From contig CACHRU010000004.1 in NCBI GenBank assembly GCA_902582345.1, positions 527-64,526 on the forward strand: a stretch of DNA of 64,000 nt, written 5' to 3'. Of this stretch, positions 18,901-29,749 are shown one piece after another; the stretch's first letter is position 1; every line of letters starts with the position of its first letter. The notes below the pieces were generated by a model. The model made no database searches and was not told the DNA's origin. It was given only the letters and a program-made list of their open reading frames with translations. The DNA comes from an uncultured Pelagibacteraceae bacterium (GTDB lineage: Bacteria; Pseudomonadota; Alphaproteobacteria; Pelagibacterales; Pelagibacteraceae). The position numbers and the translations under genes were made by a program.

Positions 18901-19691
18901 TGCGAAAAAATTTAGTAAAAAAATTATTTAGAGAGGGGAAGCCAATTATTAATGGATGGCTCCAAATTCCAAGTTCATTTTCAGCTGAGGTTATGGCCAA
19001 ACAGGGTTGGGACTCCCTTACAATTGATATGCAGCATGGTGTTATAGATTATCCAAATGCCTTACAAATGTTACAAGCGATTTCATCAACCGAAACTATT
19101 CCTTTAGCTAGAGTTAATTGGAATGAGCCTGGACAAATTATGAAAATTTTAGATGCAGGTTGTTATGGAGTAATATGTCCAATGGTTAGCAATAGACAGC
19201 AAGCAGAAAACTTTGTGAAAGCTTGTATGTATCCGCCGAATGGTTATAGGAGTTACGGACCTATTAGAGGACTTTTGTACGGAGGGAGTGATTACCCTGA
19301 AAAAGCAGATGATGAAATTTTAAAGTTAGCAATGATAGAAACCAAAGAAGCGTTAGAAAATCTTGATGAAATTTTAAGCACAAAAGGTTTAGACGGTGTT
19401 TATATTGGACCAGCTGATTTAAGTTTAGCATTAAATGAGAAACCAGGTTTTGATAGACCTGAAAATACAAAAGCTTTTAAAGAAATATTAAATATTTTAG
19501 CCAAAGCAAAGGAAAATAAATTAATGGCCGGTATTCATAATGGCACCCCAGAATATGCCCAAAAAATGATTGATAAAGGATTTAATTTTGTAACAATAGC
19601 CTCAGATCAAAGACTTATGACTAGTGGCGCAAAATCTATTATTGAAAAATTTAAAGGACATCAAAAATTTAAAGAAAGTAAAGGGTATTAA
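18900..19691 (+). CDS. HpcH/HpaI family class II pyruvate aldolase
   Basis: IDMQHG, LDAG..GVICPM, YPP.GYRS, MIET, IGPADLS. Confidence 0.9.
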   Translation: MRKNLVKKLFREGKPIINGWLQIPSSFSAEVMAKQGWDSLTIDMQHGVIDYPNALQMLQAISSTETIPLARVNWNEPGQIMKILDAGCYGVICPMVSNRQQAENFVKACMYPPNGYRSYGPIRGLLYGGSDYPEKADDEILKLAMIETKEALENLDEILSTKGLDGVYIGPADLSLALNEKPGFDRPENTKAFKEILNILAKAKENKLMAGIHNGTPEYAQKMIDKGFNFVTIASDQRLMTSGAKSIIEKFKGHQKFKESKGY

Positions 19692-19698
19692 ACATTTT

Positions 19699-20463
19699 AT
19701 GACAGAACTCATTTCGAATAAACTAGCAAGAGCTTTTCTCCAAAATAAAATAATTGCTCCAATTCCTGACAAATATACAAAAAATCTTAAGAAAGCTGAT
19801 AATTTTAGACGTTTATGTGAAAGCAAGATTAATAAGCCTATAGTTGGATTTAAAGCTGGTGGGACAGCAATACCTTTGTTAAAAAAGCTTAAGGAAAAAG
19901 AACCTTTTTATGCGTCTGTTTTTAAACAAAACTTATTAAAAAATAAAAAAAAAGTTAAGATAAATAAGTTTACTCTAGGCATAGAACTGGAAGTTTGTTT
20001 TTTAGTTAAAAAAGATTTTTTTTCTAACAAAAAAAAACTCACAAATAAGAATATAAAAAAATATATTACACATATTGCTCCATGTTTAGAGATTGTTGGA
20101 TATAGACAGAGAAAGAAGGGTATTAAATCTTTGGGCGACTTATGTTCAGACTTTGGAGGAAATATAAAATTTATAATTGGCAAAAAAAAAATATTTAAAA
20201 ATATAAAAGTTGATAACCTAAAGACAAATATTTCAAATAAAAAAATAAAACATTCTGTTAATGGTAATACTAAAACAGTATATATAAACCCAATAAATGC
20301 TTTACGATTTGTACTAAATAAAATTAAAAAAGATAAAATAAATTTAAACAAGAACTTTTATGTATTCACAGGTTCAACTGTTGGTGTTGTGCCTATTTTA
20401 GGCAAAGGTTTATATAGCGGAAAGATAGAAAAAATAGGATCAGTAAAAACTAAAATTATTTAA
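19699..20463 (+). CDS. fumarylacetoacetate-hydrolase-family protein (MhpD/HpaH hydratase-like)
   Basis: ATG at 19699; GFKAGGT, IELEVCF, PCLEI, FTGS. Confidence 0.75.
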   Translation: MTELISNKLARAFLQNKIIAPIPDKYTKNLKKADNFRRLCESKINKPIVGFKAGGTAIPLLKKLKEKEPFYASVFKQNLLKNKKKVKINKFTLGIELEVCFLVKKDFFSNKKKLTNKNIKKYITHIAPCLEIVGYRQRKKGIKSLGDLCSDFGGNIKFIIGKKKIFKNIKVDNLKTNISNKKIKHSVNGNTKTVYINPINALRFVLNKIKKDKINLNKNFYVFTGSTVGVVPILGKGLYSGKIEKIGSVKTKII

Positions 20464-22516
20464 TAGAATTATTAATAATTTCAGCCTTATCAAAAATCTT
20501 AAGCAGTACATCAAATTTTTTTAAATTAATTTTATTCAAATTTATTAAGTCAATATTTTTTTTTGCAAGTTCAAATAAATCTGCATGATGTACTTCATCA
20601 GCAATTTTAAATAATTTAAAACCACTTTGTTCAAAACCAACTAAATCACCAAAACCCCTCAATTTTAAATCTTCCTCAGATATTTCAAATCCATCATTAG
20701 TCTTTTTTAAAATTTTTATTCTTTTAGTTGCATTTTCCGATAAAGAACTATTATAAACTAAAATACAAATACCAGGTTTATTTCCTCTGCCAACACGTCC
20801 TCTTAATTGATGTAATTGTGAAAGTCCAAATTTATTTGCGTTATCAATAATAATTACGTTAGCATTAGGAAAATCAATACCCACCTCAATAACTGTCGTA
20901 GATACTAAAATGTCTATTTTTTTATCTTTAAATTTTTTTAGTATAATTTCTTTCTCATCTTGTTTTATAGATCCATGAATTAATTCAACTCTACCAGGAA
21001 ATTTTTTTTTAATAGTTTCGAATCTTTTTTTTGCTGATGTAAAATTTAGTATTTTTGACTCTTCAATCAAGGGACAAACCCAAAATATCTGATTACCTTC
21101 TTTAATTTTATTCTTAAGAAGTTTCCAAATTTCTTCAATTTTCTTTGAAGGTTTGCTATAGGTGATTACTTTTGCTCTGCCAGCTGGCTTTTCAGTTATT
21201 TTTGAGATATCCATATCTCCATAAATACCTAACATCATAGTTCGTGGAATAGGGGTTGCAGACATCAACAAAAGATCACATTCCGGACCACCTTTATCGG
21301 CTAATGATATTCTTTGTTTAACTCCAAATTTGTGCTGTTCATCAATTACTACCATTCCTAAATTATTAAAAATAATTTTTTTTTGGAATAATGAGTGTGT
21401 GCCTATTATTAAATCAATATTATTTGACTTTAGATTGTTTAAGATATTTCTTCTGTCCGATAAAGATGTTTTTCCAGTAAGCATTGCTATCTTTATTTTC
21501 GTATTTTTAAATAAATTTCTTGCCTCAAAATAATGTTGCTCAGCCAATATTGAAGTAGGTGCCATTAAAGCGCACTGAAAACCAGACTCAATTACATTTG
21601 CCATTGTCATTAAAGAAACAATTGTTTTGCCACACCCGACGTCGCCTTGCAACATTCTAAACATTCTATTTTTTGATGATAAATCTAAATTAATTTCTTC
21701 TATTACTTTTTTTTGACTTTTTGTTAAGGAAAAATTCAAATTATTATTTATCTTAGTATATAATTTATTTGTAAACTTTTTTATTTTTTGCTTACCTTTC
21801 TTTATTCTTTTTCTCGATTCTGATAATGTCAATAAATGTGCAAAAATTTCATCATAAGCTAGTCTTCTATAAAAAGTTGAATTTATATCGATACCATCTT
21901 CAACTTTATGGATTTTTTTAAGGGATGCATCCCACCTATCAAAATCCATTTGTTTTAAAAAATCTTCGTTGTGCCATTCTTCTATTTGTGGCAACTTATC
22001 AAGAACTTGTTCAATTATTTTCCTATAGTTTTTTTCAGTTACTCCTTCAACCAATTTATATTTTGGTATTATTTTTTGAACAAAGTCTAAATTCGTAATT
22101 TTTGTTATATAATCAGGGTTTGTCATTTGATACTTATTTTTGTAAAAATTAACTTTTCCACTTACTAAAACCCATTTATTTATTGGTAAAACATTTCTTA
22201 TATATCCCTCCCTACTATTAAAAAAAACTAATTCAATTTTACCTTTTCCATCTTCACATATAACCCTGTTAGGAAGATTCCTAATTCTAGGAAAATTATA
22301 TTTGGAGACTTTAACCTTAAGGGTAAATATTTTTCCTATTTCTAATTTATCAAGTGAAGTAGAATGAGATCTATCCGTAGATGAGTATGGAAAAAACATT
22401 AGTAAATCTTTAATGTACACAATATTTCTTCTTTTAAGGATTTCTGATGTTTTTGATCCAACCCCCTTAAGTTGGCTTACTTTATTAAATAAAAAATTTT
22501 TTTTTGTAAGACTCAT
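20456..22516 (-). CDS. recG: ATP-dependent DNA helicase RecG
   Basis: QGDVGCGKT, DEQHKFGV, MSATPIPRT, QLRGRVGRG. Confidence 0.96.
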   Translation of the reverse strand: MSLTKKNFLFNKVSQLKGVGSKTSEILKRRNIVYIKDLLMFFPYSSTDRSHSTSLDKLEIGKIFTLKVKVSKYNFPRIRNLPNRVICEDGKGKIELVFFNSREGYIRNVLPINKWVLVSGKVNFYKNKYQMTNPDYITKITNLDFVQKIIPKYKLVEGVTEKNYRKIIEQVLDKLPQIEEWHNEDFLKQMDFDRWDASLKKIHKVEDGIDINSTFYRRLAYDEIFAHLLTLSESRKRIKKGKQKIKKFTNKLYTKINNNLNFSLTKSQKKVIEEINLDLSSKNRMFRMLQGDVGCGKTIVSLMTMANVIESGFQCALMAPTSILAEQHYFEARNLFKNTKIKIAMLTGKTSLSDRRNILNNLKSNNIDLIIGTHSLFQKKIIFNNLGMVVIDEQHKFGVKQRISLADKGGPECDLLLMSATPIPRTMMLGIYGDMDISKITEKPAGRAKVITYSKPSKKIEEIWKLLKNKIKEGNQIFWVCPLIEESKILNFTSAKKRFETIKKKFPGRVELIHGSIKQDEKEIILKKFKDKKIDILVSTTVIEVGIDFPNANVIIIDNANKFGLSQLHQLRGRVGRGNKPGICILVYNSSLSENATKRIKILKKTNDGFEISEEDLKLRGFGDLVGFEQSGFKLFKIADEVHHADLFELAKKNIDLINLNKINLKKFDVLLKIFDKAEIINNSIK

Positions 22517-22541
22517 AAACTATATATATAATACTTTTAGT

Positions 22542-22796
22542 ATGGAAAAATTGGAAAATTTAAAAAAGAAAATTATTTATCGTTCTCAATATCGTGGAAC
22601 AAAAGAAATGGATATGCTTCTCCATAAATTTGTTAAATATTATATTGATGAATTAGACAGCAAGGACCTTTACGATCTACACGAGCTCTTAAAAACAGAG
22701 GATGAAATATTGTTTAATTTTTATCAATTCGGTAAAAAAGATGAGAGTCTTCAAGAAAATCGTATTTCATCACTTTTTAGAAATTTTAAAATTTAA
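22542..22796 (+). CDS. sdhE: succinate dehydrogenase flavinylation factor SdhE
   Basis: ATG at 22542; YRSQYRGTKEMD (RGxxE); divergent from recG. Confidence 0.88.
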   Translation: MEKLENLKKKIIYRSQYRGTKEMDMLLHKFVKYYIDELDSKDLYDLHELLKTEDEILFNFYQFGKKDESLQENRISSLFRNFKI

Positions 22797-22797
22797 A

Positions 22798-22887
22798 TGG
22801 CGGAGAGGGTGGGATTCGAACCCACGAACGAGTTGCCCCGTTGCTGGTTTTCAAGACCAGTGCTTTCAACCGCTCAGCCACCTCTCC
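22798..22887 (-). tRNA. tRNA-Ser(TGA)
   Basis: Minus strand GGAGAGG.../...CCTCTCC-G-CCA; anticodon loop CT-TGA-AA; long variable arm. Confidence 0.96.
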
Positions 22888-22997
22888 TTAAAGTTTAAAT
22901 TAGTCTATTTAATACTATCAATATGGTTAAATAACAATAAAGATTAAGATATTTACAAATACTAGTTTATGGGAGTTTTTTATGATAATCACAAAAA

Positions 22998-24002
22998 ATG
23001 ATTAAGTATATTAAAATATTAATCTCTTTATTAATATTTATTTTTTACTCAGCAAAAACATTAGCAGACGATGACAAATTTAAAATTTGGCTTAATAATT
23101 TTAAAAATGAAGCTATCAATATGGGCATATCCGAAGAAATTGTTACATCGTCATTAGCAAATGCTCGTTTTCTACCTAAAGTTATTGAATACGATAGATA
23201 TCAACCCGAGTTTTATGAAGACACAAAAACTTATATAAAAAAAAGAACCAGCAAAGATAAACTGAGAAAAGGTTTAGTTCTATACAAGAGAGAAAAAAAA
23301 ACAATAAACACGGTGGAAAAAAATTTCTTTGTTGAAAAAGAACTCTTATTGGCATTAATGGGAATAGAAACAAATTTTGGAAAATATCTTGGAAAAATGG
23401 ATATAATATCCTCTCTTGCAACTTTAAGTTTTGATAAAAGGCGCAGTGCTTTTTTTAAAAATGAGTTACTGACTCTTTTAAGTTTGTTAGACAGACAAAT
23501 TATAACAAAAGAAGAATTGTATGGTTCTTGGGCTGGAGCTTTTGGGAATTTTCAGTTTATGCCATCAACTATTAAAAATTACGCTATAGATTATAATAAT
23601 GATACAAATATTGAATTAAAAAAGATCGAAGATTCTTTTGCATCAGCTGCAAATTATATTAATAAAATCGGTTGGAAAAAAAACCAACCATGTTTTTTTA
23701 AAATTGAATTAAAAGAGAATATACCCTCAAAATATCTTAACAGTTCTGCAAAAAAGATTGTAAATAAAAAAAAAATAGCTTTTTTTAAAAAATATATAAA
23801 AAATTATGACAATTATAATTTTAATGAAAATTTATTATCAGCAATTATTACACCAGATAAAGATATAATACCTAATTCTAAAAATCTTTCCCCAGCATAT
23901 CTAGTTTTTTCAAACTATGAATTGATTTTAAAATGGAATAGATCATTAAGATTTGCTCTTGCTGTTTGTACACTTAAACAAAAGTTTGAAAATGAAATTT
24001 AA
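22998..24002 (+). CDS. mltB: lytic murein transglycosylase B
   Basis: DRYQPEF, GIETNFG, GSWAGAFGNFQFMPS, WNRS. Confidence 0.9.
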   Translation: MIKYIKILISLLIFIFYSAKTLADDDKFKIWLNNFKNEAINMGISEEIVTSSLANARFLPKVIEYDRYQPEFYEDTKTYIKKRTSKDKLRKGLVLYKREKKTINTVEKNFFVEKELLLALMGIETNFGKYLGKMDIISSLATLSFDKRRSAFFKNELLTLLSLLDRQIITKEELYGSWAGAFGNFQFMPSTIKNYAIDYNNDTNIELKKIEDSFASAANYINKIGWKKNQPCFFKIELKENIPSKYLNSSAKKIVNKKKIAFFKKYIKNYDNYNFNENLLSAIITPDKDIIPNSKNLSPAYLVFSNYELILKWNRSLRFALAVCTLKQKFENEI

Positions 24003-24726
24003 TTATTTAATATTATTTTTGTTATTAGTATCATGCACGTCAACCACTTCATTAAATAATAAAAAGGCTTATTCATCTAAAGGTTTTGCATATATTTATA
24101 ACGAAAATGATTATAACGATAAAGTTGTAAATAAAAGATATAATAATTTTGAAAATATTATTGCGCATAACAATTTAAAACCTGGCACTCTTATTAAATT
24201 AACTAATCCTGAAAACAACATGACAATATCAATTGAAGTTAAAAATAGAGTAAATTATCCAGAATTTTATAAAATTCTCATTACGGAAAGTGTAGCCAAT
24301 GAATTAAGATTAAACAAAAATATACCATTTATTGAAGTAGAAGAATTAAAAAAAAATAAATCCTTTATTGCAGGTAAAGCAAAAACTTTTAATGAAGAAA
24401 AAAAAGTTTTTACAAAAGCACCAATTCAAAATGTAAAAATTGATGATATTTCAAAAAAAATGTCGAAACCTAAAAAAAAGAAATCTAAAATATTTAAAAT
24501 AGTTTTAGGTGAATTTTATTTAAAAGATTCGGCTATTATACTAAAAAACAGATTAATGGATAAAATTCCTGATTTTAATGAAAAAAAATTAATGATTACT
24601 AAAGTTAGTAAGAACAATTATCATTTAACATCTGGTCCATATAGAGCTATAAACACACTAAAAGAAGACTATTTAAAACTTAAAAAATTTGGTTTCGAAG
24701 AACTTGATATAAATTCTTATGAATAA
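23992..24726 (+). CDS. RlpA-like lipoprotein with SPOR-like C-terminus (divergent)
   Basis: ATG at 23992; lipobox LLVSC; AHNNL..GT.IKLTNPEN; lies between mltB and dac. Confidence 0.7.
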   Translation: MKFNYLILFLLLVSCTSTTSLNNKKAYSSKGFAYIYNENDYNDKVVNKRYNNFENIIAHNNLKPGTLIKLTNPENNMTISIEVKNRVNYPEFYKILITESVANELRLNKNIPFIEVEELKKNKSFIAGKAKTFNEEKKVFTKAPIQNVKIDDISKKMSKPKKKKSKIFKIVLGEFYLKDSAIILKNRLMDKIPDFNEKKLMITKVSKNNYHLTSGPYRAINTLKEDYLKLKKFGFEELDINSYE

Positions 24727-25873
24727 ATTAATTAAAATTTTATTTTTGGTTAACCTATTAATTTTTAATAAAGTTATTGCCAACCCTAATATTAATATAA
24801 AAACTGGTATTTTAATGGACTATCACTCTGACGAAGTATTATTTGAAATTGATTCAGACTTAGAAATTTATCCAGCATCAATGACAAAGATAATGACATC
24901 TATAATAGCGTTTGATCTTTTAAAAAGTGGAAAACTTTCAATGACTGATACCTTTACCATATCGGAAAATGCATGGAGAATGTCCCAAGCAGGTTATTCA
25001 TCAATGTTTATTATGGTTAATGATGAAGTTTCCGTAGAGGATTTATTAAAAGGGATAATTATTGCGTCGGGCAATGATGCTTGCATAGCTTTAGCCGAGG
25101 GCATTGCTGGTTCAGAGGAAAATTTTGCGGATATGATGAATGAAAAGGCTGCAGAAATTGGTTTGACCTCAACAAATTTTTCAAATTCATCAGGAATTAA
25201 TGATCCTGATAATTTCTCTACAGTCAAGGATATAGCTATAATGTCAAAATATTTAATAAAAAATTATCCTGAATTATATAAACTATATGCAGAAAAAGAA
25301 TTTACATGGGATCGAACAGGCGGGGATCCAATTACTCAAGGTAATAGAAATGGATTGTTGTATAATAAAAGTTTAGGAGCGGATGGCATTAAGACTGGTT
25401 ACCTCGCAGTAGAAAAATATTCATTAGCAAGTTCAGTAAAAAAGAATGAGAGAAGACTGATTTCAGTAATAAGTGGAGCTCAAACTAAAAGAGAAAGAAC
25501 AAACCTGTCTATTAAATTGATTAATTGGGGGTATAGAAATACGGTCACTTATGAAGTTTCTAAAAAAAATTCATCATCTTTTGAATTAGATACATGGCTT
25601 GGTAAAGAGAGACTTGTTAAAGCTTCAACTAAAGAGGATTTATATATAACAATACCAAGAAAAGAGATGAGAAACTTCAAAGTTTTAATAGATTATAAAG
25701 GTCCAATAGAAGCGCCTATTAAAATTGGCGATGAATTAGGATCTATAAAAGTATATCAGAAAGACGAGTTAATTAAGTCTGCCAAGATATATTCAGACCA
25801 AAATATAAAGAAAATAAATTTTATAAAAAGTTTTTTCATGTCAATAAATTATTTGATTTGGGGAGATGTTTAA
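24719..25873 (+). CDS. D-alanyl-D-alanine carboxypeptidase (PBP5/6)
   Basis: PASMTK, SGN and KTG motifs. Confidence 0.93.
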   Translation: MNKLIKILFLVNLLIFNKVIANPNINIKTGILMDYHSDEVLFEIDSDLEIYPASMTKIMTSIIAFDLLKSGKLSMTDTFTISENAWRMSQAGYSSMFIMVNDEVSVEDLLKGIIIASGNDACIALAEGIAGSEENFADMMNEKAAEIGLTSTNFSNSSGINDPDNFSTVKDIAIMSKYLIKNYPELYKLYAEKEFTWDRTGGDPITQGNRNGLLYNKSLGADGIKTGYLAVEKYSLASSVKKNERRLISVISGAQTKRERTNLSIKLINWGYRNTVTYEVSKKNSSSFELDTWLGKERLVKASTKEDLYITIPRKEMRNFKVLIDYKGPIEAPIKIGDELGSIKVYQKDELIKSAKIYSDQNIKKINFIKSFFMSINYLIWGDV

Positions 25874-26510
25874 AAAAAAACCACTTTTTATTGTCTTTGA
25901 GGGTATCGAGGGATGTGGAAAATCATATCAAAGTAAAAAATTATACAATAATCTTAAAAGATTAAAGATTCCTGTCATATTAACAAGAGAACCTGGAGGT
26001 ACTCCCAGTGCAGAAATAATAAGAAATTTAATATTAAAAGACTATTACAATTTTAAAGCTAAAGAAAAATTTAACAAGTATACAGATACTTTATTATACT
26101 TAGCTGCAAGAAACGAACACATAATAAATAAAATAGCACCATCAATAAAAAAAGGAAAAATTGTAATATCAGATAGATATATTGACTCAACTTTTGCATA
26201 TCAAGTTTATGGAAAAGGAGTAAATAAAAAATTTATCCAAAACATCCATAAGTTTATTCTTATGAATATAAAGCCCGACATAACTTTTATCTTAAAAGTA
26301 AAATATGACATATCAAAAAAAAGGTTAAAAAAAAGAAAAACCAAAAATCGATATGATAAGTTTTCAAGAAGTTTTTATATACAAACACAGAAAGCTTTTT
26401 TAAAAATTGCAAAAAATAAAAGAAATTATTATGTTTTAGATGCCTCTAATGACACACCAGATCTTGAAAAAAAAATATTATCTATCATCAAAAATAAACT
26501 AAAAAAATAG
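25866..26510 (+). CDS. tmk: thymidylate kinase
   Basis: FEGIEGCGKS, TREPGG, DRYIDST.AYQ. Confidence 0.95.
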   Translation: MFKKKPLFIVFEGIEGCGKSYQSKKLYNNLKRLKIPVILTREPGGTPSAEIIRNLILKDYYNFKAKEKFNKYTDTLLYLAARNEHIINKIAPSIKKGKIVISDRYIDSTFAYQVYGKGVNKKFIQNIHKFILMNIKPDITFILKVKYDISKKRLKKRKTKNRYDKFSRSFYIQTQKAFLKIAKNKRNYYVLDASNDTPDLEKKILSIIKNKLKK

Positions 26511-26512
26511 AA

Positions 26513-27445
26513 ATGGAAAATAAATTAGAAAACCCTTATTTTTCAATTAGACTTTTTGGACTAAACAATTACCTTGGAGATTTAATTAATACATTTGAAA
26601 ATAAAATTTTTCCATCAACAAGTTTGATAATTGGTAAAAAAGGTATTGGTAAATTTACTTTAATAAATCATTTTTTAAATTATATATTTGACAAATCTTA
26701 TGATAGAGAAAAATGTATGATTAATCTGAATTCTGATTTTTCAAAAAAATATTTAGGCGGCACATTTCCAAATATAATTTATTTAGGCGAAAATAACGCT
26801 ATAACACCAAAAATTGATGATATAAGAAACATCCAAAACATACTTATGAAATCAAGTTTTGAAAAAAATCCAAGATTTATTATTCTAGATAATTTAGATC
26901 TTTTAAACATTAATAGTTTAAATGCACTTTTAAAAACTTTAGAGAATCCAGGTCAAAATAACCATTTTATCTTAATCCAATCAAGTGAAAAACCTTTGCT
27001 CGAAACAATTTTATCAAGAAGTTTATTGACCAGGATACATATTAATAAAATGAAATCAAATAATATTATAAAAAATTTAATAGATGAATATAAAATAGAA
27101 AATATTTTAGATATTGAAAAAATACAAACTACCCCTGGAAACTTTTTAAAATTTAATTCAATTTGTATTAAAAACTCAATTAATATCGAAGAAGATTTTA
27201 TAGACAATTTGAAACACTTATTTTTGTTATTTAAGAAATCAAAAGATAAAAATTTTATAACGTTTGCCTCATTTTTATCAGAAAAATATTTCAATGAATT
27301 ACAATTAAAGAATCCCAAGAAAATTCTAGAAATAAATGAATTTAAAATTAAAACATTGAAAATGATTAATGATTTTGTAGAATATAATTTAAATCAACAA
27401 ACAGTTATTAATAAAATATCTAATAATCTTAATAATGCAGCGTAA
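26513..27445 (+). CDS. holB: DNA polymerase III subunit delta'
   Basis: GKKGIGK, NALLKTLENP, TILSR; tmk-holB-metG order. Confidence 0.85.
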   Translation: MENKLENPYFSIRLFGLNNYLGDLINTFENKIFPSTSLIIGKKGIGKFTLINHFLNYIFDKSYDREKCMINLNSDFSKKYLGGTFPNIIYLGENNAITPKIDDIRNIQNILMKSSFEKNPRFIILDNLDLLNINSLNALLKTLENPGQNNHFILIQSSEKPLLETILSRSLLTRIHINKMKSNNIIKNLIDEYKIENILDIEKIQTTPGNFLKFNSICIKNSINIEEDFIDNLKHLFLLFKKSKDKNFITFASFLSEKYFNELQLKNPKKILEINEFKIKTLKMINDFVEYNLNQQTVINKISNNLNNAA

Positions 27446-28973
27446 AAATTTTTATATAACAACACCAATTTATTACCCTTCAGGTAAACCACATATGGGA
27501 CATGCATATTCTAGTATAATAGCAGACGTTATAGCTCGATTTAAAAGATTAGAGGGATACGATGTTCATTTTCTAACAGGAACAGATGAGCATGGTCTAA
27601 AGATTGAGAGAGAAGCAAAAAAAAACCAAAAAGACACCAAAACTTTTTGTAACGAGCTTTCAAAAAAATTCAATGAATTAACAAAAATCCTTAATTTAAC
27701 AAATGACGATTTTATAAGAACAACTGAAAAAAGACATTTTAAATCTGTAGAAAATTTATGGTCAAAATTAGTAAGCTCAGGTGATATTTATTTGGATAAA
27801 TATAAAGGATGGTATTCAGTTTCAGATGAAGCTTATTATGATAATGATGAAATTGAAGAAATTGATGGAATTAAAGTGTCTAAGAGTTCAGGCTCAAAAG
27901 TCGAATGGGTAGAAGAGGAGTCTTATTTTTTTAAATTATCATCCTGGTCGGAAAAACTATTAGATTTTTATAAAACCAATCCTAATTTTATTTTACCTTT
28001 GTCTAGAAAGAATGAAGTTATTAAATTTGTCCAAAAAGGTCTAAATGATTTATCGGTTAGCAGAACTTCATTTTCATGGGGCATTCCAGTTCCAAAAAAT
28101 CAAAAACATGTTATATACGTTTGGTTGGATGCACTTACTAACTATTTAAGTGCATTAGATTATCCAGATACATCATCAAAACTTTATAAAAAATTTTGGC
28201 CTGCTGACATTCACATTATTGGAAAAGATATATTAAGATTTCATGCAATATATTGGCCAGCCTTTTTAATGGCTGCCAACATTCCTTTACCCAAACGTGT
28301 GTATGGACATGGATGGATACTCTCAAACGAAAAAAAAATGTCAAAATCAATTGGAAATATTTTAGACCCAATAGAGATAATTAAAGATTATGGAATAGAT
28401 CAATTGAGGTACTATCTTTTAAAAGAAGTTTCTTTGGGAAATGATGGAAATATTTCTTTAGATAATTTAAAAAAATGTATCAACAACGATTTAGCTAATA
28501 ATTATGGTAATTTATGCCAAAGGGTATTTTCTTTCATAAAAAAAAATTGTGAAAATAAATTACCAAAAAGTAAAATCAAACCATCGATGGTAGAAAATAA
28601 ATTAACAGGTAAAATAAAAGATGAATTAAAAAATTTAATAGATTTGGTTAATAATCAAGATTTGAACAATTACATTAAAAAAGTAATAGAATACTCTTTT
28701 GATGCAAATAAATTTTTTAACGACTCCGAGCCATGGTCATTAAAAAAAACAGATTCTGTTAAAATGAACTCAATTTTAAATACTATTGTTGTTCAAATTA
28801 AAAATATAAGTATTCTATTACTTCCGATTATACCTGCAAGTGCTAATAAAGTATTAGATATGATAAACTACGAAAATGAATTTAGATCAATAAGCCATAT
28901 AAGAAAAGATAATAATTTTAATTATGATAAAGAGTTGGGAGAAATAGAAATTCTCTTCAAGAAAGTTGAATAA
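27435..28973 (+). CDS. metG: methionine--tRNA ligase
   Basis: HMGH, GTDEHG, YVWLDAL, KMSKS. Confidence 0.96.
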   Translation: MQRKNFYITTPIYYPSGKPHMGHAYSSIIADVIARFKRLEGYDVHFLTGTDEHGLKIEREAKKNQKDTKTFCNELSKKFNELTKILNLTNDDFIRTTEKRHFKSVENLWSKLVSSGDIYLDKYKGWYSVSDEAYYDNDEIEEIDGIKVSKSSGSKVEWVEEESYFFKLSSWSEKLLDFYKTNPNFILPLSRKNEVIKFVQKGLNDLSVSRTSFSWGIPVPKNQKHVIYVWLDALTNYLSALDYPDTSSKLYKKFWPADIHIIGKDILRFHAIYWPAFLMAANIPLPKRVYGHGWILSNEKKMSKSIGNILDPIEIIKDYGIDQLRYYLLKEVSLGNDGNISLDNLKKCINNDLANNYGNLCQRVFSFIKKNCENKLPKSKIKPSMVENKLTGKIKDELKNLIDLVNNQDLNNYIKKVIEYSFDANKFFNDSEPWSLKKTDSVKMNSILNTIVVQIKNISILLLPIIPASANKVLDMINYENEFRSISHIRKDNNFNYDKELGEIEILFKKVE

Positions 28974-29749
28974 TGCTTATAGACTCTCATTGTCATCTCG
29001 ATTATGAACCAATGATCTCATCATTAGATGATGTGATTAATAGGGCGATTAAATCAGATATTAAACTGATGCTTACAATTTCAGTCACAGATAATAAATT
29101 TGACAATATTTTAGATATTATAAATAAATATGAAAATGTATACGGAACTTACGGTATTCATCCTCACGAAGCTAAAAATCATCAATTTATTAATAAAAAT
29201 ATAATATTAAAAAAAATAAAAATGAGTAAGAAAATTATAGGTATAGGTGAAACTGGTTTAGATTTTTATTATAATCATTCTGATGAAAAAGATCAGTGCA
29301 AATTATTTGAAGAACATATTGAAGCAAGTATTGAAAGCAAAAAGCCTTTAATCATCCACTCAAGATCAGCTGAAAATAAAACTTATGAAATTTTAAAAAG
29401 CTATACTAAAAATCATGATTTAAAAATCTTAATGCATTGTTTTACAGGATCAAAAGAATTTGCAATAAAACTTATTGACTTAAATGCTTATTTTTCAGCC
29501 AGTGGGATTATCACATTTAAAAACACTGGGGATTTAAAAGAAACCTTTAAATTAATTCCAATAAATAGAATTTTAATTGAAACTGATGCTCCTTATTTAT
29601 CTCCAGAACCACTTAGAGGTAAGTCAAATGAACCTTCTAATATAGTTTACACTGCAAAATATTTATCTTTATTAAAAAAAATTGAATTTAAAAATTTTTG
29701 TAAAAATACTTCAGATAATTTTTTCAACCTTTTTGAATTAGCTAAATGA
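28973..29749 (+). CDS. TatD family hydrolase/DNase
   Basis: DSHCHLD, GIHPH, GETGLD, MHCFTG, ETDAPY. Confidence 0.93.
   Translation: MLIDSHCHLDYEPMISSLDDVINRAIKSDIKLMLTISVTDNKFDNILDIINKYENVYGTYGIHPHEAKNHQFINKNIILKKIKMSKKIIGIGETGLDFYYNHSDEKDQCKLFEEHIEASIESKKPLIIHSRSAENKTYEILKSYTKNHDLKILMHCFTGSKEFAIKLIDLNAYFSASGIITFKNTGDLKETFKLIPINRILIETDAPYLSPEPLRGKSNEPSNIVYTAKYLSLLKKIEFKNFCKNTSDNFFNLFELAK

Noticed and set aside
22702-22947. 81-aa ORF
   Set aside because: Antisense translation across tRNA-Ser and overlapping sdhE.
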